A DNA stretch of 64,000 bases from the sequence record PP400784; one strand, written 5' to 3'. The first letter of the stretch is position 1, and each line of letters starts with the position of its first letter. Of this stretch, positions 9,285 to 17,103 are shown piece after piece. The notes below the pieces were generated by a model. That model saw only the letters and a program-made list of their open reading frames with translations, was not told where the DNA came from and did not search any database. Position numbers and translations under genes: made by a program. The stretch comes from Escherichia phage FL38.

Positions 9285-9617
9285 TTACAGATGAAAACCT
9301 GTTACGATCACCGCATCGATCATACCGCTAGGAATAAACGGTTCGCCCTCTTTTATTTCAACTTTGAATTGATGCCATTTCGCTAATACTTCTTCCGGTA
9401 CACCCAGCGATTTGGCGTCTGCTTTAGTTTCATCCATAATCCAACTAGGCTGCATGAGAGCATAGTTTACATAGTCCATTTCTGGGGTCATGTCATCAAT
9501 GTTAATATATTTGCAGTTGACGCGTTTCAGAATTTCAAATTCTTTATTGTCAACCTGTACCATGTATAATTCAGTAGTTTCTGGAATCAGTTCCCACACA
9601 ACCAGTACATTTTTCAT
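9285..9617 (-). CDS. hypothetical protein, 110 aa
   Basis: Track ORF in the minus-strand gene train; start not individually verified. Confidence 0.4.
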   Translation of the reverse strand: MKNVLVVWELIPETTELYMVQVDNKEFEILKRVNCKYINIDDMTPEMDYVNYALMQPSWIMDETKADAKSLGVPEEVLAKWHQFKVEIKEGEPFIPSGMIDAVIVTGFHL

Positions 9618-9625
9618 AGTTCACC

Positions 9626-9994
9626 TCACTTAACAAAGATTTTCTTTAATGCTTTCAGGATCGTTGCTTCCGGTGCTTCTTCCGGTGGAGGAAGCAATTC
9701 TACCACTTCCTCTTCCAACTCGATATAGTCTACCAGATATTCTACATAGAATGCAAGTGCTTCCATGAAATTAGATGCTACATCCGATTCACCACAAGCG
9801 CCTACATGCATTGTATAAACATCACTGCGATCAAGTTTGTGGATGCTTCCCAGATAGTTTCGGTTATACCAGACTTCCCACACTTTCAGCTTTCCGGTTT
9901 TGGTTGCTGTTTTATAATCGGTTTCGTAATGATGCAATTGACGTTGCAGATCATTGATAATAACACATTTTTCGTAATTGTTTTGAATTTCCAT
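9626..9994 (-). CDS. hypothetical protein, 122 aa
   Basis: Track ORF; AGGA upstream of start. Confidence 0.4.
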   Translation of the reverse strand: MEIQNNYEKCVIINDLQRQLHHYETDYKTATKTGKLKVWEVWYNRNYLGSIHKLDRSDVYTMHVGACGESDVASNFMEALAFYVEYLVDYIELEEEVVELLPPPEEAPEATILKALKKIFVK

Positions 9995-10004
9995 GATGTA
10001 ATCC

Positions 10005-10196
10005 TCACTTATCGTTAAGAAGTTCTAAAACTTTCTGTCGTACTTTGTCAATATTAGTTGATTCAAAAACTGTACGGTATCCCCAGCTTTGACCGTATGA
10101 GCGCGAGCAATCCCCATATCCCCATTGTTCAACCTGATAGTATTCAAGGAATGGGTGCTGCCGAACTATGATACCATCGCGATTAAAAATTACCAT
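10005..10196 (-). CDS. hypothetical protein, 63 aa
   Basis: Track ORF in the gene train. Confidence 0.3.
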   Translation of the reverse strand: MVIFNRDGIIVRQHPFLEYYQVEQWGYGDCSRSYGQSWGYRTVFESTNIDKVRQKVLELLNDK

Positions 10197-10219
10197 AATA
10201 TAATCCTCACGTCAAAAAC

Positions 10220-10507
10220 TTATTTTCGGTTGTGGTCACGATATGTTTTAAAATATCCCTCGTACCACGGTAAAATATCTGGATTTTTACCACTATACAG
10301 ACATTTAACCATCATGTCAATAAGGCCATCTGGTGTTTGATAGTTTCCAGCTTTTATAAGCTCTTTGATTAAAATCTCTCTGTATATGTCTTTCGGATCT
10401 TCGTAATCAACTTGTATTGTGGTTGTGGTCTCATTCAATTTGGTTTCTGGAGTATCTCGCATTGCATCCCACCAATCTTTTGTGACCTTCATGTTATTGA
10501 ATTGCAT
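10220..10507 (-). CDS. hypothetical protein, 95 aa
   Basis: Track ORF in the gene train. Confidence 0.35.
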   Translation of the reverse strand: MQFNNMKVTKDWWDAMRDTPETKLNETTTTIQVDYEDPKDIYREILIKELIKAGNYQTPDGLIDMMVKCLYSGKNPDILPWYEGYFKTYRDHNRK

Positions 10508-10518
10508 AATTTAACCTC

Positions 10519-11277
10519 TTACTTGCAAACGTATTGATCTACATCAATTGCGCCACCGAATGTAGGGTGACGTTTTTCAAATCGAATAGTTCCGTCGTTT
10601 GGTTCGAAAACGGAGTATTCATATAGATCTTTCTTGCCAACATTCTTATAAAACCCGCCTTTAGTCATAACGGTTTCTTGTACGTTTGCTTTGTGTACGT
10701 TGTATTCGTCAATGTATACAAAATCAACCATCTTCCCATTTTTAATGGTTACTTTAAGATCTCCTGGCTGGTTTCCATATTTTGCATACAGTGGAGCTTC
10801 TTTAATTTTGGTGGAAATTCCATCTTTAATACTCCACTCATAACGAACGGTGCATTGATAGGTAAAAGTTTCGACCTTCGGTTCTTCCACCATTTTTTCT
10901 TCCTGTTTCGGTTGTTCTTCTTCAACCTTCGCAGAAGTCTCTGAATCGCTTTCTGACGCGGTTTCTTCTTTAGGTAATACATTCATCAAGTTTTGGATTT
11001 GAGCGTTGTATACAGCCTCCAGTGGCTGAATCTGCCCGATATTGATCATTGTATCACGAACAGTTTTATTCCAGTTGAGTTGCTCTTGTTTAAGAGACGG
11101 ATCAATCTTAACAGCCTTAACATATACTTCATGAAGTTTCGAATCCAGTGCGGAGATTGACTCATTAGCACAAATAAACTTCTCTGATTTGGTAGTGGCT
11201 TTAGCGCAATCAAAGGACGCAGCATTAGCACCGAAAGCAGTAGCGGAAAGAACGATAGCAGCGATAATGTTTTTCAT
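10519..11277 (-). CDS. secreted protein with an LprI/DUF1311-like (lysozyme-inhibitor-like) N-terminal domain, 252 aa
   Basis: ATG at 11277 with GAGGA; signal peptide MKNIIAAIVLSATAFGANA; then FDCAKA..SEKFIC....SALDSKL.EVY, which resembles the DUF1311 two-cysteine signature; acidic linker; own early promoter. Confidence 0.55.
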   Translation of the reverse strand: MKNIIAAIVLSATAFGANAASFDCAKATTKSEKFICANESISALDSKLHEVYVKAVKIDPSLKQEQLNWNKTVRDTMINIGQIQPLEAVYNAQIQNLMNVLPKEETASESDSETSAKVEEEQPKQEEKMVEEPKVETFTYQCTVRYEWSIKDGISTKIKEAPLYAKYGNQPGDLKVTIKNGKMVDFVYIDEYNVHKANVQETVMTKGGFYKNVGKKDLYEYSVFEPNDGTIRFEKRHPTFGGAIDVDQYVCK

Positions 11278-11311
11278 AATATATTCCTCAATGTTTTGTC
11301 TTGATGGGAGT

Positions 11312-11340
11312 ATCTTACTACTCCCTTAATCCGGTGTCAA
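11312..11340 (-). promoter_or_regulatory. early sigma70-type promoter (TTGACA-N17-TAAGAT) with inverted repeat GGGAGTA/TACTCCC over the -10
   Basis: Read on the minus strand; drives 10519..11277. Confidence 0.6.
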
Positions 11341-11346
11341 CTATTT

Positions 11347-11502
11347 TTAAATTTCTTCTACAGTAAAGTCTTCAATGTTATTGTGCTCGGAGAACGTTGC
11401 CAGACCAGCATTCCATGCATCATCCTCAGAGAAGAATACACCGTAACGTTCATATCCTTTAGCGCCTTCAAATTTAACCATTAATTTGTGAGTATGTTTC
11501 AT
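11347..11502 (-). CDS. hypothetical protein, 51 aa
   Basis: ATG at 11502 preceded by AAGGAGAATCAAA; track ORF extends further upstream from a non-ATG codon. Confidence 0.4.
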   Translation of the reverse strand: MKHTHKLMVKFEGAKGYERYGVFFSEDDAWNAGLATFSEHNNIEDFTVEEI

Positions 11503-11533
11503 TTTGATTCTCCTTCGTTGTCTTGATGAGTTC

Positions 11534-11562
11534 ATTGTAGGGGATCGGCGATCCCCTGTCAA
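11534..11562 (-). promoter_or_regulatory. early promoter TTGACA-[GGGGATCGCCGATCCCC]-TACAAT; the 17-nt spacer is a palindrome with two GATC sites
   Basis: Palindrome at 11540-11556; drives 11347..11502. Confidence 0.6.
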
Positions 11563-11572
11563 CAACTATTTT

Positions 11573-11785
11573 TTAATTTTTACCCGCTCGTGCATTAATA
11601 CGCATTTTCTGAATAGCCATGATCTGGCTTACTGCTTCTTCTTTACGTTCTTGCGTGATAACGTGACCAGATTCCGCAAACTCTCCCGCAACTTCTTCTA
11701 CGATCTCGCGAACTTGAGAACGTCCAAAGATGCGGTTTCCTTCGTAGCTCATAAACTCGGTTACTACTTGCTCGATAGATTTCAT
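11573..11785 (-). CDS. hypothetical protein, 70 aa
   Basis: ATG at 11785 with AAGGAGAATCAC upstream. Confidence 0.4.
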   Translation of the reverse strand: MKSIEQVVTEFMSYEGNRIFGRSQVREIVEEVAGEFAESGHVITQERKEEAVSQIMAIQKMRINARAGKN

Positions 11786-11815
11786 GTGATTCTCCTTTCG
11801 TTTCGGTGTGGGAGT

Positions 11816-11844
11816 ATGTTAATACTCCCATTTCTTTACGTCAA
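11816..11844 (-). promoter_or_regulatory. early promoter TTGACG-N17-TAACAT with inverted repeat GGGAGTAT/ATACTCCC
   Basis: Drives 11573..11785. Confidence 0.55.
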
Positions 11845-11851
11845 CCAGTTT

Positions 11852-12094
11852 TTAGAAATTTTTCGCTTCTTCTTCGGTCATCATCACCGCGCATTCGTGC
11901 ATAACTTTGAAAACCGGATCAATCATATCGAATGCTTCGCGGGACAGTTTACGAGAAGCGATTTTGATTGCTTCTACGTCTTCTACTACAGGAACAAAAA
12001 CAGTTTTCAGTTCATCGAGAACGGCAGCTTCTTTTTCATTCAGGAAGATACCAGCGTCATACAGTGCAACTTCGATAACATTAACTTTAACCAT
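11852..12094 (-). CDS. hypothetical protein, 80 aa
   Basis: ATG at 12094 with GGAGGAATTAAA upstream. Confidence 0.4.
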   Translation of the reverse strand: MVKVNVIEVALYDAGIFLNEKEAAVLDELKTVFVPVVEDVEAIKIASRKLSREAFDMIDPVFKVMHECAVMMTEEEAKNF

Positions 12095-12127
12095 TTTAAT
12101 TCCTCCAGTTCGTTTAGGTATGGGAGT

Positions 12128-12156
12128 ATAATACTACCGATGACCTTTGGCGTCAA
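12128..12156 (-). promoter_or_regulatory. early promoter TTGACG-N17-TATTAT
   Basis: Drives 11852..12094. Confidence 0.5.
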
Positions 12157-12358
12157 CTGCTTTTTTATTATTTTCGTGAAAATTTTTCGTCGCCTCATGT
12201 GCTTTTCGCTGGGCTTCTTGTTGTGCTTGCTGGCGTGCTGCCTCTTGTGAAGCCATAACGGAAGCATTTGCAGCAGTTACAGCCGCTACCATCGCTGCGG
12301 TATTAGCATTTACAGTACATGCACTAGCCAGCAAAGCAATTGCAATCATTTTCTTCAT
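12134..12358 (-). CDS. small secreted protein or lipoprotein, 74 aa
   Basis: ATG at 12358; N-terminal signal peptide MKKMIAIALLASACTVNA, then a Q/A-rich helical region. Confidence 0.45.
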   Translation of the reverse strand: MKKMIAIALLASACTVNANTAAMVAAVTAANASVMASQEAARQQAQQEAQRKAHEATKNFHENNKKAVDAKGHR

Positions 12359-12525
12359 AGTTTCCCCTTTAGGTTATCTTCGACCTTCACCCATTCCGCG
12401 TATTCTTGCGCGGCTACTTTCGGATTTAGTCCGTCTTCGTACATTGCTTCAAGTAATGCTTCGTCGGTGGGCTTATACCCTAGATAAGCCTCCACCTGAT
12501 TTTTCCAAATTTTATACCAGTTCAT
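12355..12525 (-). CDS. hypothetical protein, about 56 aa
   Basis: Start moved to the in-frame ATG at 12525 (GGTGA upstream), just after the upstream gene's stop. Confidence 0.3.
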   Translation of the reverse strand: MNWYKIWKNQVEAYLGYKPTDEALLEAMYEDGLNPKVAAQEYAEWVKVEDNLKGKL

Positions 12526-12529
12526 ATTA

Positions 12530-12802
12530 TCACCAGTCAAGAGCGCGTGTCTCTGCGTCTTCCCATGCTTGATCCATAACAGCCTTGAAAACATATTCTA
12601 AAGTATCATCTTTAGAGAATCCGAAGACCTTAGACGGAATATCTTCAATTGCTACTCCCGCGACTTCTGCATTACGCGCTTGGCAATAATGCAACTCTAA
12701 GTTATCGAGATAGCGACCGCCTAATTTCTCCATATCATCCCAGCATTTCCAGTAACCTACTTTATTTGCAATCGCTAACACCTTGCTGTTTTCGTTGTTC
12801 AT
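12530..12802 (-). CDS. hypothetical protein, 90 aa
   Basis: ATG at 12802 preceded by AAGGAGAATCAAAG; own promoter. Confidence 0.4.
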   Translation of the reverse strand: MNNENSKVLAIANKVGYWKCWDDMEKLGGRYLDNLELHYCQARNAEVAGVAIEDIPSKVFGFSKDDTLEYVFKAVMDQAWEDAETRALDW

Positions 12803-12833
12803 CTTTGATTCTCCTTTTGTTTGGTATGTGTGT

Positions 12834-12862
12834 ATTATGCAATGATGGATTTGTGAAGTCAA
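12834..12862 (-). promoter_or_regulatory. early promoter TTGACT-N17-CATAAT
   Basis: Drives 12530..12802. Confidence 0.5.
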
Positions 12863-12870
12863 CAACTTTT

Positions 12871-12902
12871 TAAAATAAAAAAGCCGACCACACGGATCGG
12901 CT
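12871..12902 (-). terminator. rho-independent terminator
   Basis: AGCCGA-(9 nt)-TCGGCT followed on the minus strand by a U-run; same stem sequence as the terminators after gene 35 and after nrdD. Confidence 0.75.
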
Positions 12903-12912
12903 TAATAATCAG

Positions 12913-13308
12913 TTACTTACTAAATTTCTTTTTGGCTTCGTCTACCGCATGAGATGCCAGTACCGCAGCCGCATGTGCACTTTTATCTGTGTTGCAGAGA
13001 ACGCCCAGATAAACATCACGCCAAAGTTTAATCATCTCGTAGATCATATCAATATCATTTTCTTGTTTGTTGGCGATGCTATTCGTCGTTATCTGGTAAG
13101 ATAACGGCTTGATCTGTACTGGTTCCGCCATCGGGCTAATCGGTTTCGGATCAGTCATAATAGGTGCTGTTGTGGGTGGTGTTTTCCATACGTCATTATT
13201 CCACGGTTTAATCGTTGTATCGTAAAGTTTATAAGGATTTTTGTCTGGATTAACCATCCAGGCATGATGAGTACCCAAACCATTTGAAGTGATGCGTCGT
13301 TCAGTCAT
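12913..13308 (-). CDS. hypothetical protein, 131 aa (proline-rich centre)
   Basis: Track ORF; start not verified. Confidence 0.4.
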   Translation of the reverse strand: MTERRITSNGLGTHHAWMVNPDKNPYKLYDTTIKPWNNDVWKTPPTTAPIMTDPKPISPMAEPVQIKPLSYQITTNSIANKQENDIDMIYEMIKLWRDVYLGVLCNTDKSAHAAAVLASHAVDEAKKKFSK

Positions 13309-13510
13309 ACTTTCCCTCCAAAAATTCTTTCATCAAATAGTCTATCGTTGCTCTGTGTTCTGGTGTGTTTGTTATCTCTGCTAACTTATTCAGAGATTCA
13401 ATAGTGATCCGGTTGGATTCTTCCAGTGTTTCAACGACAATTGGAACAATCTTTTTATTGTTGTACACAAATGCAATATAACCGCCTTCTGGATATTCTT
13501 TCATAATCAA
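13301..13510 (-). CDS. hypothetical protein, 69 aa
   Basis: Track ORF directly downstream of gp52. Confidence 0.4.
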   Translation of the reverse strand: MIMKEYPEGGYIAFVYNNKKIVPIVVETLEESNRITIESLNKLAEITNTPEHRATIDYLMKEFLEGKYD

Positions 13511-14853
13511 CCCTTCTTAAGTTCTTTAAGATCTTTCTTATATTCCTTCATTGCGGTCGTCTTTGTCCAATACTCATATTCACTATGATGTTTATCGGCA
13601 TCTTTGACCAGTCGATCATACTCTTCTTGAGTAACGCTATACAATGGCATAGAAACTAGCTTATCGGCGTATGGACGCAGTTTTTCATGTCCATTGATGG
13701 ATTGCATTACCTCGGCCTTTTTCTTGCCCTGTAGCTCGATTTCGCCCTTAATTACGCGGTCGATAAATTCAGCTTTAGCCATTGCATAATTGTATGCTTC
13801 CAGTGTTTCCGCTTGCATCAATTCAATGCGTTTATCGACATACCCTAATCGGATTTCGACGAATCGACGGATCAGATCGCTCGCTTTCTCGAATACTTCT
13901 ACTAAACCACGTTCATTAACCACTACGATATTCTGGGCTACTAACTGTGTTAGTTTAAAATCCTTCATGATTTGCTCATGTCGAGCGGATTCATCTTCGC
14001 TTTTGAAATAATCGCGTTTCAGTGTTACTTCAAATCTGAATCCATCCTTAGAGCAACGGTCATTATATGAGACAATCAGATCTTTTTCTTCCAGTGCATC
14101 CAGTACCGCTACATATTCTTCACGGTCGAACTTATAAGGAACTTCTGATATTGTCAGTTTAGTCTTGCCGTTTAGTTCATATGTACCCTCAAGAATCACA
14201 CCATCGCGATCATCTCGCGGGATAACTTTACCCGTGAATTTCGGGAATTGAACATTAGGTTCTTTATCCAGTTTTCCGGCAAGTGCTAGCTCTGTGCATT
14301 CAATGAGGCTTTCCAGTGAATGCGGTAAAATGTCAGTTTTATACCCTGAAGCAATACCACTAATACCATTAGCCAATACCATTGGCACAACTGGCAAGTA
14401 GAACGCTGGCGGGATGTGTTCCAGATCTTCGTGCTTAGGTGCGCAATTCATATCTTTATAGATTTTAAAGAAGTTTTCATGCACACGAGCAAAGATATAA
14501 CGTGCCGCTCCTGCTTTCTGGACTAAACGCGATCCGAAGTTACCTTGACCGTCAAGCAGTGGAGTATTATTGCTCCATGTATTCGCCATGAGTGATCCGG
14601 CTTCTACGGCATTAGTTTCGCCGTGGTGATACCCCAACTCAGCGACACCAGATCCAATATCTGCCATCTTACGGAATTTCTTACGGTCGCCTTTACTCTT
14701 TTGCAAAGCACATTCCATAACAAAGCGTTGCACTGGTTTAAGCCCATCCACTAATTGAGGAATCCCGCGTTCCTCGGCAGAATAGATCGCATATTCCTTA
14801 GCTTCATTATGTACAATGCTTTCAAGGCTGCGGTAAGTAACTGATTTATTCAT
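13507..14853 (-). CDS. 52: DNA topoisomerase II medium subunit (gp52), GyrA-like
   Basis: Strong match to remembered T4 gp52 (GFKPVQRF, LLDGQGNFGSR, YIFARV, HIPPAFYLP, EYWKTT). Start set to ATG 14853 after GAGGTGAAG; the track start 14868 is GTG. Confidence 0.9.
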   Translation of the reverse strand: MNKSVTYRSLESIVHNEAKEYAIYSAEERGIPQLVDGLKPVQRFVMECALQKSKGDRKKFRKMADIGSGVAELGYHHGETNAVEAGSLMANTWSNNTPLLDGQGNFGSRLVQKAGAARYIFARVHENFFKIYKDMNCAPKHEDLEHIPPAFYLPVVPMVLANGISGIASGYKTDILPHSLESLIECTELALAGKLDKEPNVQFPKFTGKVIPRDDRDGVILEGTYELNGKTKLTISEVPYKFDREEYVAVLDALEEKDLIVSYNDRCSKDGFRFEVTLKRDYFKSEDESARHEQIMKDFKLTQLVAQNIVVVNERGLVEVFEKASDLIRRFVEIRLGYVDKRIELMQAETLEAYNYAMAKAEFIDRVIKGEIELQGKKKAEVMQSINGHEKLRPYADKLVSMPLYSVTQEEYDRLVKDADKHHSEYEYWTKTTAMKEYKKDLKELKKG

Positions 14854-14860
14854 CTTCACC

Positions 14861-15223
14861 TCATACACGCTTACAAATCACATTCTTTACTTTATCAGAT
14901 TTATCAGCCCAATCCAATAGCCATTTTAACGGAAGGATTGACACAATAAACGGGGCAGCAATCAAAGCAAACATGATACACCTGATAATCAGGAAAACGC
15001 AAGTGACAAAACTAGCGATAGTGATCCCGACAAAACAAAATACCATAGAAAACAGAGTAATGATATATAAAGGCCAGAATACCCACTCCCGCATCTTAAC
15101 GCCTTTGTATTCTCTGAATTGCTTAAAATCTACAAACAACTCTCGGATAGACGCGTACAGGACCGAAAAATCATCTTTCATTGCTCTGAATGAGCAATCT
15201 TCTATTTTAGAATGACCTAGCAT
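14861..15223 (-). CDS. small membrane protein, 120 aa
   Basis: Two long hydrophobic segments (WVFWPLYIITLFSMVFCFVGITIASFVTCVFLIIRCIMFALIAAPFIVSILPL). Confidence 0.45.
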   Translation of the reverse strand: MLGHSKIEDCSFRAMKDDFSVLYASIRELFVDFKQFREYKGVKMREWVFWPLYIITLFSMVFCFVGITIASFVTCVFLIIRCIMFALIAAPFIVSILPLKWLLDWADKSDKVKNVICKRV

Positions 15224-15225
15224 TA

Positions 15226-15519
15226 TTAACCGCCTTTAACCATTGATACAGGAATTGTTTTCTGATTTGTGTATAAGTGGCCTACTTCAATTTTTTCTTG
15301 AATCACCACGACGTTACAATATCCACTGTCTTTAAGTTTTCTGATAATGACTCGCTTTTGTTCGTCGGTGATAGGATTGACTGTTCTCACCAATTCACCG
15401 CAAATAATAGCACCATCTTTACAATTACCAGTAACTTTCATGCTACGACCGTGAACAACAACCACGTCACCGTAAATCACATTTTCGTCGTCGTATTTGG
15501 TAATAACCGTGACCGTCAT
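15226..15519 (-). CDS. hypothetical protein, 97 aa
   Basis: Track ORF. Confidence 0.4.
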   Translation of the reverse strand: MTVTVITKYDDENVIYGDVVVVHGRSMKVTGNCKDGAIICGELVRTVNPITDEQKRVIIRKLKDSGYCNVVVIQEKIEVGHLYTNQKTIPVSMVKGG

Positions 15520-15564
15520 AATGTATTCCCTCTAAGAAAGGCCGCGCAAAGCGGCCTATGTTGA

Positions 15565-15891
15565 TTATTGTTCTACAGTATAACCGTTGTTTTCAAGCCA
15601 TGCAATAACAATCTTTTCGCCAATTTCATCGAGCATTTCATCAGCGCCATATTCTTTAATGAAAGTCGATGGATCATTATTGCTTACTACGTGCTGGATC
15701 ACAACATGTTCAGGAATTGCGTCTAGTAGTTCGCTATGATCATACTCATTAACGATATCTTCAACACTAACATTATTAACCAAATCAACATCATCCATAG
15801 TCACAGTAACGCGACCGGACGGACGCAATGAATATTGGCTACTTTCAACTTCAACATGTGCACTTTCGCAAGTAACTTTCATATCAACCAT
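15565..15891 (-). CDS. highly acidic protein, 108 aa
   Basis: ATG at 15891; about 23 D/E against 5 K/R. Confidence 0.4.
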   Translation of the reverse strand: MVDMKVTCESAHVEVESSQYSLRPSGRVTVTMDDVDLVNNVSVEDIVNEYDHSELLDAIPEHVVIQHVVSNNDPSTFIKEYGADEMLDEIGEKIVIAWLENNGYTVEQ

Positions 15892-15905
15892 AATTAATTC
15901 CTCTG

Positions 15906-16907
15906 TTAGTAATGGCTAAAACCTTCGGTTACATCTTCAACCACATAGTAACGATGACAGCGCATTTTGGCATTCGCATAATCTTTCGGGATACTTACAA
16001 CGTGACGCGGATCAACTTTACATTTAATGATTCGGCCTCGTCCACCGCCATAGTGCGGAATATAGTGTTTAGCTGCAACGTGGAGGCCATTAGAGCAAGT
16101 GCGATCATCATCTGGGTCCACGTCTTTACGCTTCATTTTAACCGTGCGACCTGGGCTATTATCAAACGTATGCGTAAAGAAATCTTTATAATCAACATCA
16201 ACACGTTTCCATGCATAGAAACAACCATCTTCCACGATCTCAATGTCGTTGTGCTCTAAGAAGTCAAATAGACGATCTACGGCCTTACGGCTAGGGTTTT
16301 TCTTGCACTTCTCAAAGAAGTTCAGATAGTGCGTATATGGCTTATTCTCTTTAATCGACTCCACAACTCGACGAGTCAGATTATTATCAAGAACAATATT
16401 ATGATAATACACAATACCATTTTCGATACGGAAAGCGCCGTGATAATATACTTCAACCGCTTTCTTAATGTCAATCAGCGTAATAGCTTTGATGAAATCA
16501 TTATGTTTAATCGCTTCCAGTGCTTCATTAAAGTTAACATGCGATGGATCAGCAGTATAAACAATGTCACCACATGTAATAGTAATAAACTTAGTTGAGG
16601 CTATTGCTACGATTTTTGAGGAAGTAGTCACGGGCTTTTTTGCGCGTTCACCGCCTTTTCCTTTACTGGTTTTACGGCGTGCTTTACGTTTTTCTAGTGC
16701 CTTGCGACCTTCCGCTACTGCGTCTTTCTGAATCAGTAATACACGGGAGGCAGTACGACGAGATACCCCAAATGCTGACGCAAGTGCTTCGCGGGTAGTA
16801 AACTTACCTTCGCCCCACTGTTTAGCCAGTTTGATTTGTTTCGCAGAATCCAGGCATTGAACGTTACGGTCAGAGCCGGTGATTTTTGCTTTAGTCATAG
16901 TATTCAT
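15906..16907 (-). CDS. rIIB: rIIB protein
   Basis: C-terminal half closely matches remembered T4 rIIB (AVDRLFDFL, YAWK, FDNSPG, HPRHVVSIP.DY.AKMR, YVVEDVTE); HTH-like N-terminus; position next to rIIA. Confidence 0.85.
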   Translation of the reverse strand: MNTMTKAKITGSDRNVQCLDSAKQIKLAKQWGEGKFTTREALASAFGVSRRTASRVLLIQKDAVAEGRKALEKRKARRKTSKGKGGERAKKPVTTSSKIVAIASTKFITITCGDIVYTADPSHVNFNEALEAIKHNDFIKAITLIDIKKAVEVYYHGAFRIENGIVYYHNIVLDNNLTRRVVESIKENKPYTHYLNFFEKCKKNPSRKAVDRLFDFLEHNDIEIVEDGCFYAWKRVDVDYKDFFTHTFDNSPGRTVKMKRKDVDPDDDRTCSNGLHVAAKHYIPHYGGGRGRIIKCKVDPRHVVSIPKDYANAKMRCHRYYVVEDVTEGFSHY

Positions 16908-16948
16908 TCCTCTATTAGTTGGGCGACTCTCGCCGCCCGATTCACATC

Positions 16949-16977
16949 ATTATACCAGAATTATTTTGCTTCTACAA
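16949..16977 (-). promoter_or_regulatory. promoter-like element TTGTAG-N17-TATAAT upstream of rIIB
   Basis: Lies inside the 3' end of the small HTH ORF; followed by hairpin GGGCG..CGCCC and GAGGA before the rIIB ATG. Confidence 0.45.
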
Positions 16978-17092
16978 CCTTGCGGATTGTGCGGTCTGAT
17001 ACATTATAGATTCGTGCCAGTTCGCCTTTAGTCAAGCCGCGAGCGTATTGTTTACGGATTGTTTCTTTCTGGATAGCGGTCAGTTTAGTCAT
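16961..17092 (-). CDS. small helix-turn-helix protein, 43 aa (not in ORF track)
   Basis: ATG 17092 with AAGAGGTGA upstream, directly after the rIIA stop; hand translation MTKLTAIQKETIRKQYARGLTKGELARIYNVSDRTIRKVVEAK. Confidence 0.45.
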   Translation of the reverse strand: MTKLTAIQKETIRKQYARGLTKGELARIYNVSDRTIRKVVEAK

Positions 17093-17103
17093 AATATCAC
17101 CTC

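Noticed and set aside
11306-11325. Recurrent GGGAGTA...TACTCCC and GGGGATC...GATCCCC inverted repeats as a possible CRISPR-like or transposon-end array
   Set aside because: Each copy is tied to a TTGACA/TATAAT promoter and an RBS in front of a different gene, with no regular repeat-spacer periodicity; interpreted as promoter cassettes.
11504-12250. 248-aa plus-strand ORF
   Set aside because: Runs antisense across four minus-strand genes and three early promoters, has no RBS and a low-complexity Phe/Asn-rich product; treated as a spurious antisense frame. The same applies to other plus-strand track ORFs inside the minus-strand region (for example 28568..28924, 44141..44653, 46274..46553, 56789..57160, 57466..57804).
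8338-13510. Tried to identify asiA, arn and motA among the small ORFs between t and gene 52
   Set aside because: No ORF of MotA size (about 211 aa) and none matching remembered AsiA sequence; left as hypothetical proteins.
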